Source of the DNA: Candidatus Latescibacterota bacterium | GTDB taxonomy: Bacteria; Latescibacterota; UBA2968 | DNA: 64,000 nucleotides | NCBI GenBank assembly: GCA_965205975.1 | Contig: OZ242195.1 | Location: forward strand, 1,024,001-1,088,000 | Direction: 5' to 3' | In this document: piece after piece, positions 51,818 to 61,817 of the stretch | How positions within the stretch are numbered: position 1 is the stretch's first letter | Layout: every line of letters starts with the position of its first letter | Notes under the pieces: generated by a model | Databases searched by the model: none | Told to the model about the DNA's origin: nothing | The model's input: the letters and a program-made list of their open reading frames with translations, nothing else | Made by a program: the position numbers and the translations under genes

Positions 51818-51848
51818 GTAGGGGCGGGTTTCGAACCCGCCCGTTTTT
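51818..51848 (+). repeat. REP-like palindrome (GTAG foot plus hairpin), possibly also a terminator
   Basis: GTAG-GGGCGGGTT-TCG-AACCCGCCC-GTTTTT. Confidence 0.6.
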
Positions 51849-51865
51849 AAGAAAGGATATTAACC

Positions 51866-52696
51866 ATGATGAAATTGGGTTGTATGTCTCTGAGTTACAA
51901 AGATCAGTTCACTGCTGGCGAAATTGATATGGCGGGATTTATCGACAAGGCTTATGATCTGCGTCTGGATGGGATTGATATTCATACGCGCGCGTTTGAA
52001 TCTGAAGACCCAGCTTATTTGCGGGATATTCGCATGCGCTGTCTCAGGCGCGGTCTGGTGATTTCGTATCTCGGTGTGAGCAATGATTTTGGCAGGCCCC
52101 AGGAAGAGTTGCAGGAGGTGATAGATAGTGTCAAGCACTGGGTCGATGTTGCAGAATTTATGGGGGTGCCACTCGTGCGGATTTTTGCGGCGTGGAATCG
52201 CAATGACGAGCCTGAAGAACAGGTTTGGGATCGCATGATGCCCTGTATGCAGGAGGTCGCAGAGTACGGACAACAAAAAGGCATTGTCCTGGGCTTACAC
52301 AACCACAATCACGGGTGTGTTACGCGCACGGGTAAAGATGTGCGCCGGATTCTCGAGACGGTCGATAATCCCTATTTGTCCCATATTCTCGATACGGGGC
52401 AATACGTCGGGTCGCCGGGATCGAGTGGTCAGCGCGGTACTGAAGATCCGGCATTGGATTTCTATGGGAGTATTGCGGAGACAGCCCCTCTTGCCGTGCA
52501 TGTCCGCGCAAAGGTCTATCGCATCAGTACGGGAGAAGAGGTGTGGCTGAATTATCCGCGCATTTTTGAGATTTTGAATGGTGTGAATTACAACGGGTGG
52601 GTATCGATTGTCTATGAGGGACAGGATGAAGAGGCAGAAGAGACAGCGGTACCCAAAGCCGTGAATTATCTGCGGCAATTTGTGCCGGGTGGGTGA
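51866..52696 (+). CDS. Sugar phosphate isomerase/epimerase (xylose-isomerase-like TIM barrel)
   Basis: PLVRIFA, GLHNH, LDTGQY, HVRAK, YNGWVSIVYEG. Confidence 0.85.
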   Translation: MMKLGCMSLSYKDQFTAGEIDMAGFIDKAYDLRLDGIDIHTRAFESEDPAYLRDIRMRCLRRGLVISYLGVSNDFGRPQEELQEVIDSVKHWVDVAEFMGVPLVRIFAAWNRNDEPEEQVWDRMMPCMQEVAEYGQQKGIVLGLHNHNHGCVTRTGKDVRRILETVDNPYLSHILDTGQYVGSPGSSGQRGTEDPALDFYGSIAETAPLAVHVRAKVYRISTGEEVWLNYPRIFEILNGVNYNGWVSIVYEGQDEEAEETAVPKAVNYLRQFVPGG

Positions 52697-52711
52697 GGGG
52701 GTGAATAGAGC

Positions 52712-53533
52712 TTACCCATAAGCCATTTCGGGGTGTTTTCCGAGAACGCGGAGGAGGCGTTCGTCGGCACCTTCGAGGACGTAGTCTGGCATGTGATAGT
52801 TGAGATAGGGCCAGAATCGCTGGGCGACGAAACGCTGCCCATAGACCTGGTGAAAGAGGTAGCGGACGCGGTCGGATGTATTGGGGGCGCCGCGGTGCCA
52901 GGTCTGGCTGCTGAGGAGGTAGAGGTCTCCTGCTTTCATGTGCAGGGATTTTGGTCCTTGACCGTCGAAGGTTGGATTTTCTGGATCGTTGGGTTGCCTG
53001 CCCGCATAGTGGCTACCCGGCACGAATTGGCTGGGCCCATACTGATCTTCGTCCTGGTCTGTCAGGGCAATCTGGAACGACATGCGAAAAACGGGCATCC
53101 GAAGACGCCTGTCATGGCTGCTGATATTGTCGTCCGTAATGGGGAATTCCAGGCTGTCATCTACGTGAAAGCGGTTAATACCCAGATCTGTGCGGTTCAA
53201 GATGCATCCCAGTGCCATGCAATGGCACTGGGGACCGAGGACTGTTTCGGCGATAGATATGATAGGCTCGCGCACGAGCAGGTCGCGGAACATCCGGTCG
53301 CATTCAAATAGCCGATGCACAACGATGGGTTCTTTGCCATTGTGCTGCGGCTTTATTTTTACGTTTCGCATTTCGGCAAAATAGGGTTCTGCAAAGATTT
53401 GATCGACGCGCCTGCATATTCGTTCGCATTCTTCCCGGGACAAGACATTTCTGATGATGGTCGCGCCGTTTTTGTAAAAGTCTTCGAGAATCGGCGATAG
53501 TTCTTCTTCGGTAAAGGGTTCGTGAAGTGACAT
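52712..53533 (-). CDS. Phytanoyl-CoA dioxygenase (PhyH) family Fe(II)/2OG enzyme
   Basis: FHVD, FVPGSH, AGD, WHRGAPN...R. Confidence 0.88.
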   Translation of the reverse strand: MSLHEPFTEEELSPILEDFYKNGATIIRNVLSREECERICRRVDQIFAEPYFAEMRNVKIKPQHNGKEPIVVHRLFECDRMFRDLLVREPIISIAETVLGPQCHCMALGCILNRTDLGINRFHVDDSLEFPITDDNISSHDRRLRMPVFRMSFQIALTDQDEDQYGPSQFVPGSHYAGRQPNDPENPTFDGQGPKSLHMKAGDLYLLSSQTWHRGAPNTSDRVRYLFHQVYGQRFVAQRFWPYLNYHMPDYVLEGADERLLRVLGKHPEMAYG

Positions 53534-53554
53534 GGGATATTCCTCGCTGAAAAA

Positions 53555-53612
53555 CGAATCTACGAATCAGTTGGGTGGTTGGGCGGGGTTCGTCTATTCG
53601 TCTATTCGCTTA
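53555..53612. repeat. Dispersed intergenic repeat, copy 2
   Basis: CGAATCTA-CGAATCAG, G-rich anchor GGGTGGTTGGGCGGGG, then TTCGTCTA x2 and TTCGCTTA next to the sulfatase stop. Confidence 0.8.
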
Positions 53613-53613
53613 T

Positions 53614-55056
53614 TCAGATCGCGCCTTTAGGAACGCCTTTGCCGACGTGGGGAAGCAAGCCCTGAATTGGTTGCCCGGGCACGAGTTTTCCATTCTGAAC
53701 AAATCCCTCTGGTCGTCCTGTGAGTTCCTCGATCAGTTGATTGCGCCACCAGGCCAATCGGTCGGGACGATCGCTGGACAGGTCGTTGATTTCACGGGGG
53801 TCTTCGGTTAGATCAAAGAGCAACTCTCTTCCCGTTTGGGTAAACCAGGCATATTTCTCCTTGCCGTCCGTAAGCCACTGATTGGCAGATGTCGCGTGTT
53901 CTCCGTGAATAAACGGACGCCAATTATTCCCGCTACAATTCAGCACACTTTCGCCATCGAGATCGTCCGGGGTATCGATTCCCGCGATGTCGCAGAAGGT
54001 TGGGAAGATGTCCCGCAGTTCTACCGGTGATTCTACGAGGGATCCACGCGGCACTGCGCCAGATGTTCTGGGCATTCTCAAGATGAAGGGCACGCGAGCA
54101 GATCCGTCATAAGGCACGCCTTTTCCCACATGATTGTGATCGTATAGCATTTCACCGTGATCCGCGGTGAAGAGTATGGCCGTGTTGTCCTGGACACCGT
54201 ATTCGTTGAGTGCCATGATCATGCGGTTGATCTGGAAATCGATATGTGAAATCTGTGCGTAATACGCTCTTCTGGCAAAATCTACCAGCGCTGGGTCCCG
54301 GGGGATCGGGCTGTCGTGGCCTCCTTTGCGGAGTTCGTGGTCAACCCAGTTTCCCATGGCGGGTGGGGGAATGTCCTTTTGCAAATAGCGATTTAAGAAA
54401 GACGCGGGAGGGTCCAGCGGCGGATGGGGCCGATGATAGGATAGCGTTAGGAAGAAGGGTTTGGATGTATCGCGCCTGCGCAAGAAATCAATGCCCTGCG
54501 AGGTGACCCAACTCGTGGGGTGAAGCATTTCGTGGTAGGGCCAGGCCTGTGCCGCATATCCATTGCATCCCACGCCAGAGTCGTTGTGGTCGGCATAGAC
54601 CTCGCCGAGTTTTTCCCGTAGCCAGGGGGTGTAATCGTCGTTCAATCCAAATTCGCGGTTTTCCCGCCGGGCGCGATGCATATAGCCGTCGTGCAGTACG
54701 ACGTTGTGAAAGCCCACGAGATTGCGCCAGGGATAGACGTGCATTTTGCCGACGCACTGGGTGTGGTAACCCGCATCTGATAGGGTTCCGGGGAGTGTTA
54801 CTGGATAGTCCCACTGCACGCCGCCGTTGGTGAGATATCCATGGCGCTTGGGGGCGAGACCCGTGAGGATTGTGGCGCGGGCAGCAACGCATACCGGGCA
54901 CGATGCATACGCCTGGGTAAATGTGATACCCTCGCCTGCCAGATAATCCAGATGAGGGGTTTCAACTGCGGGGTGACCGGTATAGCCCAGGCAATCCCCC
55001 CGCCATTGATCGGTCAGGATAAAAAGTATGTTGGGAGCGTTTTCGTTTGTTGGCAT
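53614..55056 (-). CDS. Sulfatase (choline-sulfatase/arylsulfatase-like)
   Basis: PNILFILTDQWRGD, CVAAR, GKMH, RPHPP, ADHGE. Confidence 0.9.
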   Translation of the reverse strand: MPTNENAPNILFILTDQWRGDCLGYTGHPAVETPHLDYLAGEGITFTQAYASCPVCVAARATILTGLAPKRHGYLTNGGVQWDYPVTLPGTLSDAGYHTQCVGKMHVYPWRNLVGFHNVVLHDGYMHRARRENREFGLNDDYTPWLREKLGEVYADHNDSGVGCNGYAAQAWPYHEMLHPTSWVTSQGIDFLRRRDTSKPFFLTLSYHRPHPPLDPPASFLNRYLQKDIPPPAMGNWVDHELRKGGHDSPIPRDPALVDFARRAYYAQISHIDFQINRMIMALNEYGVQDNTAILFTADHGEMLYDHNHVGKGVPYDGSARVPFILRMPRTSGAVPRGSLVESPVELRDIFPTFCDIAGIDTPDDLDGESVLNCSGNNWRPFIHGEHATSANQWLTDGKEKYAWFTQTGRELLFDLTEDPREINDLSSDRPDRLAWWRNQLIEELTGRPEGFVQNGKLVPGQPIQGLLPHVGKGVPKGAI

Positions 55057-55057
55057 T

Positions 55058-55849
55058 TTATCCCCTTCGCTTGTTGGCTAAAACCCAGACATCGCGGAAG
55101 AAAGACTGGCGGCTTTCTTTTAGGCCATTGATCACGACCGGGTTCATGCAGGGCTTGGGTTCGTGGAATCGCACGGTTACGTGATTGTACGCGATGAGGA
55201 TGGCGCGGCGCGGATTGTCCGGATTGGTCCAGGTAGATCCCGTGTGCCGCACGCCTTCTGAAAATACGACGAGGCTTCCCGGCGGGCAGCCATAGGTTTC
55301 CCAAACGCCTGAGTTTGGGGCATCGGCCTCTTCAGGCCAGGTTCCGTCCTGGGCAGATGCCAGATTGGCTTTGTGCGAGCCGGGAACGAGGCAGGTACCG
55401 CCCTGGCCTTTTTTTACTTCGTTCAGTTCCCAGACAATGCGTGTCATTGCGCTGTAGATGCGACCGTTGTGAAAGCGAAAGGAAAACGATGGATGGAGAT
55501 TTGTTCCTCCCACGTGAGGCCGCCACTCGTTGCCGGTGTTCTCAGCGGACCGGCCGGATATGAATACGCTTTCCAATCGGATGCGCTCCCGATCCGGGTC
55601 AATGACTTCCTGGAGAATGCCCATGACCCGCGGGTGATCAATCAAAAATTCAGTGGAACCAGAAATGGGTGAGCGATGGTGCTCGGGAAGGCTTTCAGGC
55701 GTTTTCATATACGTTTCGACGTGGTCGCGTGCGATCGCGATTTCTTCGTCGGTGAGAACGCTGGGGATGACGAGAAAGCCTTTTAAGTCGAAGAGAAATT
55801 TTTCGTAATCCGACATGGGCAAATGCTCACGCGCTGTTTTCTCAGACAT
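55058..55849 (-). CDS. PhyH-family dioxygenase
   Basis: FLFDLKGFL, PHVGG, LVPGSHK, GSLVVFSE, RHTG...RR. Confidence 0.82.
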   Translation of the reverse strand: MSEKTAREHLPMSDYEKFLFDLKGFLVIPSVLTDEEIAIARDHVETYMKTPESLPEHHRSPISGSTEFLIDHPRVMGILQEVIDPDRERIRLESVFISGRSAENTGNEWRPHVGGTNLHPSFSFRFHNGRIYSAMTRIVWELNEVKKGQGGTCLVPGSHKANLASAQDGTWPEEADAPNSGVWETYGCPPGSLVVFSEGVRHTGSTWTNPDNPRRAILIAYNHVTVRFHEPKPCMNPVVINGLKESRQSFFRDVWVLANKRRG

Positions 55850-55891
55850 TGGTTTGCTCCTCTATTTTTCGGACTCTTGTAACTCGTCCTG

Positions 55892-57220
55892 TTAGTTCTT
55901 CCTGAATAGGAGCATTGCGATTCGCCTTTCTCCCACCACGACCTTCACAATGGCCTTGATATAGATGGGTTTTTTTAGCAATGCCAGTTCCCGGACTTTT
56001 GCCTTGAGCAGCGGATGTGGATCGTCGATTCTGATCACGCCTTTAAAAGAACGCTTTGAATTTTCGGCATCGACCATCTGTCCGTTCTGGACCATCTCGT
56101 TATTCTCTGGCTCATCGGCATCCATCTCGATAATCATACTTAGATCTGTGATTTCATTTACGGATAGGGGCAGTCCGCCCGTGTCGAATTGCCGTTCTAC
56201 AATGCGGTCTTGAAGCGTATTCTGGATTTCCTGTTGAATCTCGTTGGGAAAAGTGTGAATCCTGAATTCCGCGGTGTGGGTGCCTTCGATGACTGTGCCG
56301 GTTAGCGCTATCCGGCTTAATGGCTCGGCTTCGATCTTCTCTCCGAGATCGAGTGGGCTGGCATTCTGCACGTTTAATGTGCTGTGGAGATCTATTTTTT
56401 TTACCTTGCCGAGTGCGAATACCGTATCGTCTTCTATGGTGACGAGTTTGCCCGAAAAATACTCTTCCAATTGCTTGGTGACCTGACCATCCGAGATATC
56501 GTTGAATTGCGCAAATCCCGTGCTCCACCAATCCGGCAAATCGAGGTCTGTTCTCAGTATTTCGCCGTCTCCATAAGTTGTAATCAATTCAATCTGAGCC
56601 GGTTGACCGACGCGTGCGAGCCTTTGTGCGGCGCCCTTTAGACCTGCGGAAATACGCAGATCGTCAAAATCCAGGATGTGCGCGATTTCGTCCCCTTTCG
56701 GCACAACTGTTCCGACGACTTCCTCCTCGAACAGGATGACGCCGGCGTGCGTGGCTGTCAATGTTTCGCGCTGGGATAGCTCTTGTTCCCAGGCGGACGT
56801 CGCACTTCTCATTACACCCTGAAGCTCCCGTTCCGATAGAGTTAGAGAAGATGATGTTGCAAGGCTGTCGAGTTCACCGCTTAGTTCTTCTGCTACTTGT
56901 TTTGCGCGATAGCGGTTGACTTGGGATTTATCTCTGGAAATTTCAAATAGTGGCTGACCAATTGTTACGTCAGTTTTATTTTCGACGAGTGCTTCTATGA
57001 CTATGACATCCTCATCAGAAGATAGGACATATTCGTGTGGCTTGATCGGTTCGGCATTAGATAACACGAGGTCTTCTGTCTTCGTAAACCACAGAAAGGC
57101 GATGGCTGTGGCGACCGCAAAAACAAAGCCATACCCGAATATCTCCAGATATTTGACGTACTTCGCAATAAGTCTGCGGGTTCTCAAGCTCTGTGTTTTC
57201 GGTTTCTCTGTCGTTTGCAT
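55892..57220 (-). CDS. Atypical HlyD-like membrane fusion (periplasmic adaptor) protein
   Basis: N-terminal TM; lipoyl-like halves (VENKTDVTIGQPLFEI / ATHAGVI...VPKGDEIAHI) flanking a short helical hairpin; directly downstream of an ABC exporter. Confidence 0.55.
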   Translation of the reverse strand: MQTTEKPKTQSLRTRRLIAKYVKYLEIFGYGFVFAVATAIAFLWFTKTEDLVLSNAEPIKPHEYVLSSDEDVIVIEALVENKTDVTIGQPLFEISRDKSQVNRYRAKQVAEELSGELDSLATSSSLTLSERELQGVMRSATSAWEQELSQRETLTATHAGVILFEEEVVGTVVPKGDEIAHILDFDDLRISAGLKGAAQRLARVGQPAQIELITTYGDGEILRTDLDLPDWWSTGFAQFNDISDGQVTKQLEEYFSGKLVTIEDDTVFALGKVKKIDLHSTLNVQNASPLDLGEKIEAEPLSRIALTGTVIEGTHTAEFRIHTFPNEIQQEIQNTLQDRIVERQFDTGGLPLSVNEITDLSMIIEMDADEPENNEMVQNGQMVDAENSKRSFKGVIRIDDPHPLLKAKVRELALLKKPIYIKAIVKVVVGERRIAMLLFRKN

Positions 57221-57250
57221 TTTTTTCTCCGTAACAATGAGGAGATCGCG

Positions 57251-59047
57251 TTACCCAACTTGTCTGGTATCATCCAGGCCGAGGTATCGCCGGTACATCT
57301 CTGCGTACTCGCCCCCATTGCGAATCAGTTCTGCGTGTGTCCCTTGTTCGAGGATCTGACCGTCGCCGAGAACGATGATCAGGTCGGCATTTGCCACTGT
57401 TGTGAGTCTGTGAGAGACTATGAATGTGGTGCGTCCTTCTGCCACGCGATCCAGGCTTTGCAAAAATCGCTGTTCTGTGGCGCTGTCCAGGGATGATGTG
57501 GGCTCGTCCAGAATGAGAATTTTGGGATCGCGAACCATGGCGCGGGCAATCCCGATCCGCTGTTTTTGCCCCCCTGAGATTCGCGTACCTTCTCGAAGAT
57601 CGGTGTCATATCCGTTGCGTTGGGATGAGGCAAATGCGTCTATGTCCGCCAGTTGGGCGGCTCTGACCACTTCATCGTCAGATGCATGGGGCTGACCGAA
57701 CAGGATATTTTCTTTGATTGTTCCGTTGAACAAATGCGTTTCCTGTAAAACCAGACCAACCTGGTCCTGATAGGTGCTTGATCTCACTTCTCTGAGGTCC
57801 TGACCATCTACAATTACCCTGCCCGAATCCGGGTCGTATAGCCGGAGAAGCAGGTTCGCGACCGTGGTTTTGCCCGATCCACTGTGTCCCACCAGAGCGA
57901 TTTTTTGACCTGCCTGAACGGTGAAGCTCAGGTTGCGCAGGATCGGTGTGCCATCCTCGTAAGAAAAGGAAACATTGTCAAAGACGACATCGCCCCTGAC
58001 AGGTGGCATTGCTGGTGCATTGGGACGGTCTGTAACAGCGGGAACCTGATCCAGTGTTTCGAGAATGCGCTCGGCGGGAACCATTGCAATGCGAACTTGC
58101 TGAAAATACCGAATCAGGACTTGAATGGGATTGGACAGACGGTTCGAATAGGAGAAAATGGGGAAGACGGACCCATAGGAGAGGTTGCCTAAAATAACTT
58201 CTCTGAGGAAGTATAGTCTTATCAGTTGATTTTTAGCCCAGGGGAGCAAGCCGCTATTGCCCGCGATTTCTCGTTCGATGGTACGCATATAAAACAGGCG
58301 CATAGCGGCGCGATACCCTTCGATGGTGAGATTAACATATCGCTTTACTTCGTGCCGGCGCCGACCAAATGTCTGTACGACAGCTGCCCCGGCAACGCCT
58401 TCTTGAAGCCCGGCGTCGCGCGCCTGCCATCTCTCTCTTACGCGGCGATCAAATCTGCGCTGTATGGTCGCGATCTTCTGGGCGATCATCCCATAAGGGA
58501 TTGAGTAAATCAGAATGACCAGCGAGACCCGCCAGTCCAACCAGGTGGTGAAGATGAGTATGAGTATGAACTCATAGACCGCCCGCAATGTCGCTGGCAA
58601 GATGTCCGTAATCATGCGCATTACGGCCCCCGTATCTGCGCTCGCCCGATACATGTGCTCGCCAATACCTCGACTCTCGTAGAAGGTCATGGAGAGACGC
58701 TGGAGGTGGGTGAAGAAGTGGGTTTTGAGGGCTAAGCTCACGCGTAGATCTACGTAGTGATTGAGAACGGTTGACATGGTACCGACCAATCTCTGAATCA
58801 GGACGAGCACGACATAGGCGGCAAAGATGCGGTAGAACAGGTTCCAATCTTGATTTGGAAAAGCATCATCGATGAGAAACTTGCTCAGCCACGGATTCAC
58901 AACCCGAAACGTGCTGACGACGATCGTGCCCATTACGACGAGCAGTGCCTTATCCCAGACCGGGATCATCAGCCTGAGAAAACGCAGAAAGACTCTTATG
59001 AGCGACTGTTTTGCTCCCTTGCGGGGAGGAGGAAAATAGTTGAACAT
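57251..59047 (-). CDS. ABC exporter, fused TMD-NBD (MsbA/Sav1866 type)
   Basis: TM domain, GHSGSGKT, ISGGQKQR, ILDEPTS, SHRL. Confidence 0.92.
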   Translation of the reverse strand: MFNYFPPPRKGAKQSLIRVFLRFLRLMIPVWDKALLVVMGTIVVSTFRVVNPWLSKFLIDDAFPNQDWNLFYRIFAAYVVLVLIQRLVGTMSTVLNHYVDLRVSLALKTHFFTHLQRLSMTFYESRGIGEHMYRASADTGAVMRMITDILPATLRAVYEFILILIFTTWLDWRVSLVILIYSIPYGMIAQKIATIQRRFDRRVRERWQARDAGLQEGVAGAAVVQTFGRRRHEVKRYVNLTIEGYRAAMRLFYMRTIEREIAGNSGLLPWAKNQLIRLYFLREVILGNLSYGSVFPIFSYSNRLSNPIQVLIRYFQQVRIAMVPAERILETLDQVPAVTDRPNAPAMPPVRGDVVFDNVSFSYEDGTPILRNLSFTVQAGQKIALVGHSGSGKTTVANLLLRLYDPDSGRVIVDGQDLREVRSSTYQDQVGLVLQETHLFNGTIKENILFGQPHASDDEVVRAAQLADIDAFASSQRNGYDTDLREGTRISGGQKQRIGIARAMVRDPKILILDEPTSSLDSATEQRFLQSLDRVAEGRTTFIVSHRLTTVANADLIIVLGDGQILEQGTHAELIRNGGEYAEMYRRYLGLDDTRQVG

Positions 59048-59249
59048 TGTCCGGTCTTAGTCCTGTCCAAATACAGGCGAGGGTTTCTTCCAAAGACACC
59101 ACAATTAGGCGAAGATATGTTCGAATGTCAATTGGATTCTCGGTTTTGTGGGAGAACAGAAAACAATTGCGTCTGGTAGAAAATTCACTTTTTTATACAG
59201 CAATCTATAATGTTGTGGCACATTTATTGTATCTGCAGGAGCTTATTTC

Positions 59250-61700
59250 ATGTTTAATCTGATCGGAAATTACGCCAAAATTGCTATCAGAAATTTGATG
59301 CGCAACAAAGTGTATTCTGCACTCAATATCCTCGGTTTGGGCATTGCCATGTCCTGCTGTCTTTTGATTGTGTTGTTTTTACAACGCGAACTGCAATACG
59401 ATCACAGATATGAAAAGGGAGATCGCATTTACAAAGTCGTGCGAGAAATAAATATCCAGGGCGGGTCGCGCAATTTTTCATGGGGCACATCGGGATCTTT
59501 GGGCCCCGCGTTGCAACGCGATTTTCCCGAAGTAGAGTCAGCCGTTCGAATATGGCCCTGGAACGTGAAGGTCGAACGCGAGAATATTTTGTTTCCCACA
59601 CGGCTCAATCGCGTTGACAAACACGTGTTTGACGTATTTGAAGCCGAATTTGTTCAGGGCAGCGCACAGACGGCTTTTGAAGATCCAACGAGTATTGTGA
59701 TTACCGAGCGCATGGCGAATGTTATCTACGGTGAGGAAAACCCGATGGGCAGGGTGCTCACCGTTGTCAATTCGATTTTTGGAGGAGATTATATTGTGCG
59801 GGGTGTGTTGAAAGATCGCCTTGAGCCTACGACAATCCCATTTAATATGTTCGTATCGAGAGACCCCAATGCCCAATGGAGTAACAAATTGCACAGATGG
59901 GATCCGGCTGCGGGTTTTCGGCCGGTACAAACCTATATTTTGCTTCAAGAAGGTGTTTCTCCCAAAACACTGGAGCAAAAATTTCCAGATTTTATAACGC
60001 GCTATATGGGCGCGGAAATCCAAAAACACAATGCGTATCATCTCCAACCCCTGCATCGGGTCTATTTGCATTCGCGTGCAGATTACGACATCCAGAGCTT
60101 CGGCGATATCGATCAACTCTATACGATGTGTGTGATTGCCGCATTTATTCTGATTATTGCTTGCGTGAACTTTATGAATCTGGCGACAGCCCAATCCGTC
60201 AGGCGCGCAAGAGAGGTGGGCTTGCGAAAAGTGGTCGGTGCCAGTCGCGGGCAGTTGATCCAGCAATTTCTGGGAGAGTCCCTGATTGTCGCCTGTCTCG
60301 CGTCGTTGCTTGCAATTATTGTCGCCCGGGCGATGCTGCCCGTGTTTAATGATTTGATCCAGCAAAATCTGGTATTAGATCTCAGGGCTTATATGACTTT
60401 GATCCCGGCGTTGATCGGCGTGGTACTGGTATCCGGGATACTCGCCGGAGGTTATCCCGCCTTTGTTTTGTCTGCCTGGCAACCGATTGATACATTGAAG
60501 AGCCAGGTTCAATCCAGATCGGGTGGTTCGTGGTTCTGGAAAGGGCTGGTGATATTCCAATTTTCAATTTCGATTTTTTTGATCGTGGGCACGCTGGTCG
60601 TGCGCAACCAGATCTCTTATATGCTGGATCGGGATCTGGGGGTTGATACAGAACACCTGGTCATGTTACCCATTTTTATTTCGAGCCGGGAGGCGCATTT
60701 TGTTCACGCCAACCGCCTGTCGTCGCGATACAGTACTGTGAAGCAGTCGTTTTTGAGGCATCCCAATGTCGTTGGGGCAACCGCATCTCAGTATCGCGCC
60801 TTCCCCAGCGGGGGTGGCTCGCGGCGCAAGCCCATTCGTCCAGAAGATTTGCCGGGAGATGACTGGTGGATTCTGGTCAACGAGGTCGATGCTGATTTTG
60901 TAAAAACAATGGGTATTGAGCTGGTTGCTGGTAAAGATTTTACTCCGGGCAAGGGCAATCCCCTCAGAGGATGGACGCGCGAATTTCTGATCAATGAGTC
61001 GGCGGCCAAATTATTTGGCTGGGATAATCCCATCGGCAAACAAATCCAGAAGTTAGATGGGGGCGGCGGCATGGGTACTGTTGTGGGCGTGTTTAAGGAT
61101 TACCATTTTGATTCCTTAAAGGAAAAAATCGCGCCCCTCGCATTTGTCCAGTGGGCCAGGCTATATGCGTATTTAACGCTGAAAATAAAGAGCGGGCAGT
61201 TTGTAGAAACGATGGATTTTTTGGAAGAGGAATGGTATAAATTCGTGCCCAACGAAGCGTTTAATCCCATTTTCATGGACGATGGATTTGCATCTGCGTA
61301 CCGGAATGAACTTCGCCTGAGAAGAATTGCTGGCATTTCTTCATTGCTGGCGATCGTGGTGTGTTGTTTGGGGCTGTTCGGTTTGGCTGCTATTTCTGCC
61401 CAACGGCGCACAAAGGAGATTGGTGTGCGCAAGGTGCTCGGTGCGTCTGCCGGGCAAATTGTAACGATGTTTTCAGCCGAATTTGTCAAGCTGGTCGCGT
61501 TTGCCAGTCTCATTGCCTGGCCTCTGGCTTATTACATGCTCGATGACTGGTTGGCCGATTTTGCCTACCGCATTGGTCTGGATATCTCAGTATTTGCATT
61601 GAGTAGTGTACTGGCTATTGCCATTGCCCTGATTACAGTGAGTTATCAGGCATGGAAAGCGGCGCAAACCAATCCTATTGAGGCGCTTAAGTACGAATAG
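59250..61700 (+). CDS. MacB/FtsX-type ABC permease (duplicated architecture)
   Basis: KIAIRNL, ACVNFMNL...RAREVGLRKVVGA, RTKEIGVRKVLGA, NPIEALKYE. Confidence 0.9.
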   Translation: MFNLIGNYAKIAIRNLMRNKVYSALNILGLGIAMSCCLLIVLFLQRELQYDHRYEKGDRIYKVVREINIQGGSRNFSWGTSGSLGPALQRDFPEVESAVRIWPWNVKVERENILFPTRLNRVDKHVFDVFEAEFVQGSAQTAFEDPTSIVITERMANVIYGEENPMGRVLTVVNSIFGGDYIVRGVLKDRLEPTTIPFNMFVSRDPNAQWSNKLHRWDPAAGFRPVQTYILLQEGVSPKTLEQKFPDFITRYMGAEIQKHNAYHLQPLHRVYLHSRADYDIQSFGDIDQLYTMCVIAAFILIIACVNFMNLATAQSVRRAREVGLRKVVGASRGQLIQQFLGESLIVACLASLLAIIVARAMLPVFNDLIQQNLVLDLRAYMTLIPALIGVVLVSGILAGGYPAFVLSAWQPIDTLKSQVQSRSGGSWFWKGLVIFQFSISIFLIVGTLVVRNQISYMLDRDLGVDTEHLVMLPIFISSREAHFVHANRLSSRYSTVKQSFLRHPNVVGATASQYRAFPSGGGSRRKPIRPEDLPGDDWWILVNEVDADFVKTMGIELVAGKDFTPGKGNPLRGWTREFLINESAAKLFGWDNPIGKQIQKLDGGGGMGTVVGVFKDYHFDSLKEKIAPLAFVQWARLYAYLTLKIKSGQFVETMDFLEEEWYKFVPNEAFNPIFMDDGFASAYRNELRLRRIAGISSLLAIVVCCLGLFGLAAISAQRRTKEIGVRKVLGASAGQIVTMFSAEFVKLVAFASLIAWPLAYYMLDDWLADFAYRIGLDISVFALSSVLAIAIALITVSYQAWKAAQTNPIEALKYE

Positions 61701-61813
61701 ACGAATAGACGAATAGACGAATAGACGAATGGCAATACACACTGATTTTGGGAGGATGGGTGGGGTTCGTAGATTCGCTGATTCGTAGATTCGCTGATTC
61801 GTAGATTCGCTGA
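61694..61813. repeat. Dispersed intergenic repeat, copy 3: (CGAATAGA)x4.6, G-rich anchor, (TTCGTAGATTCGCTGA)x3
   Basis: Directly visible between two convergent stop codons. Confidence 0.85.
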
Positions 61814-61817
61814 TTTT

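Noticed and set aside
61694..61813. Possible CRISPR array
   Set aside because: Units are 8- or 16-bp tandem repeats without unique spacers, and there are no cas genes; reported as a dispersed repeat instead.
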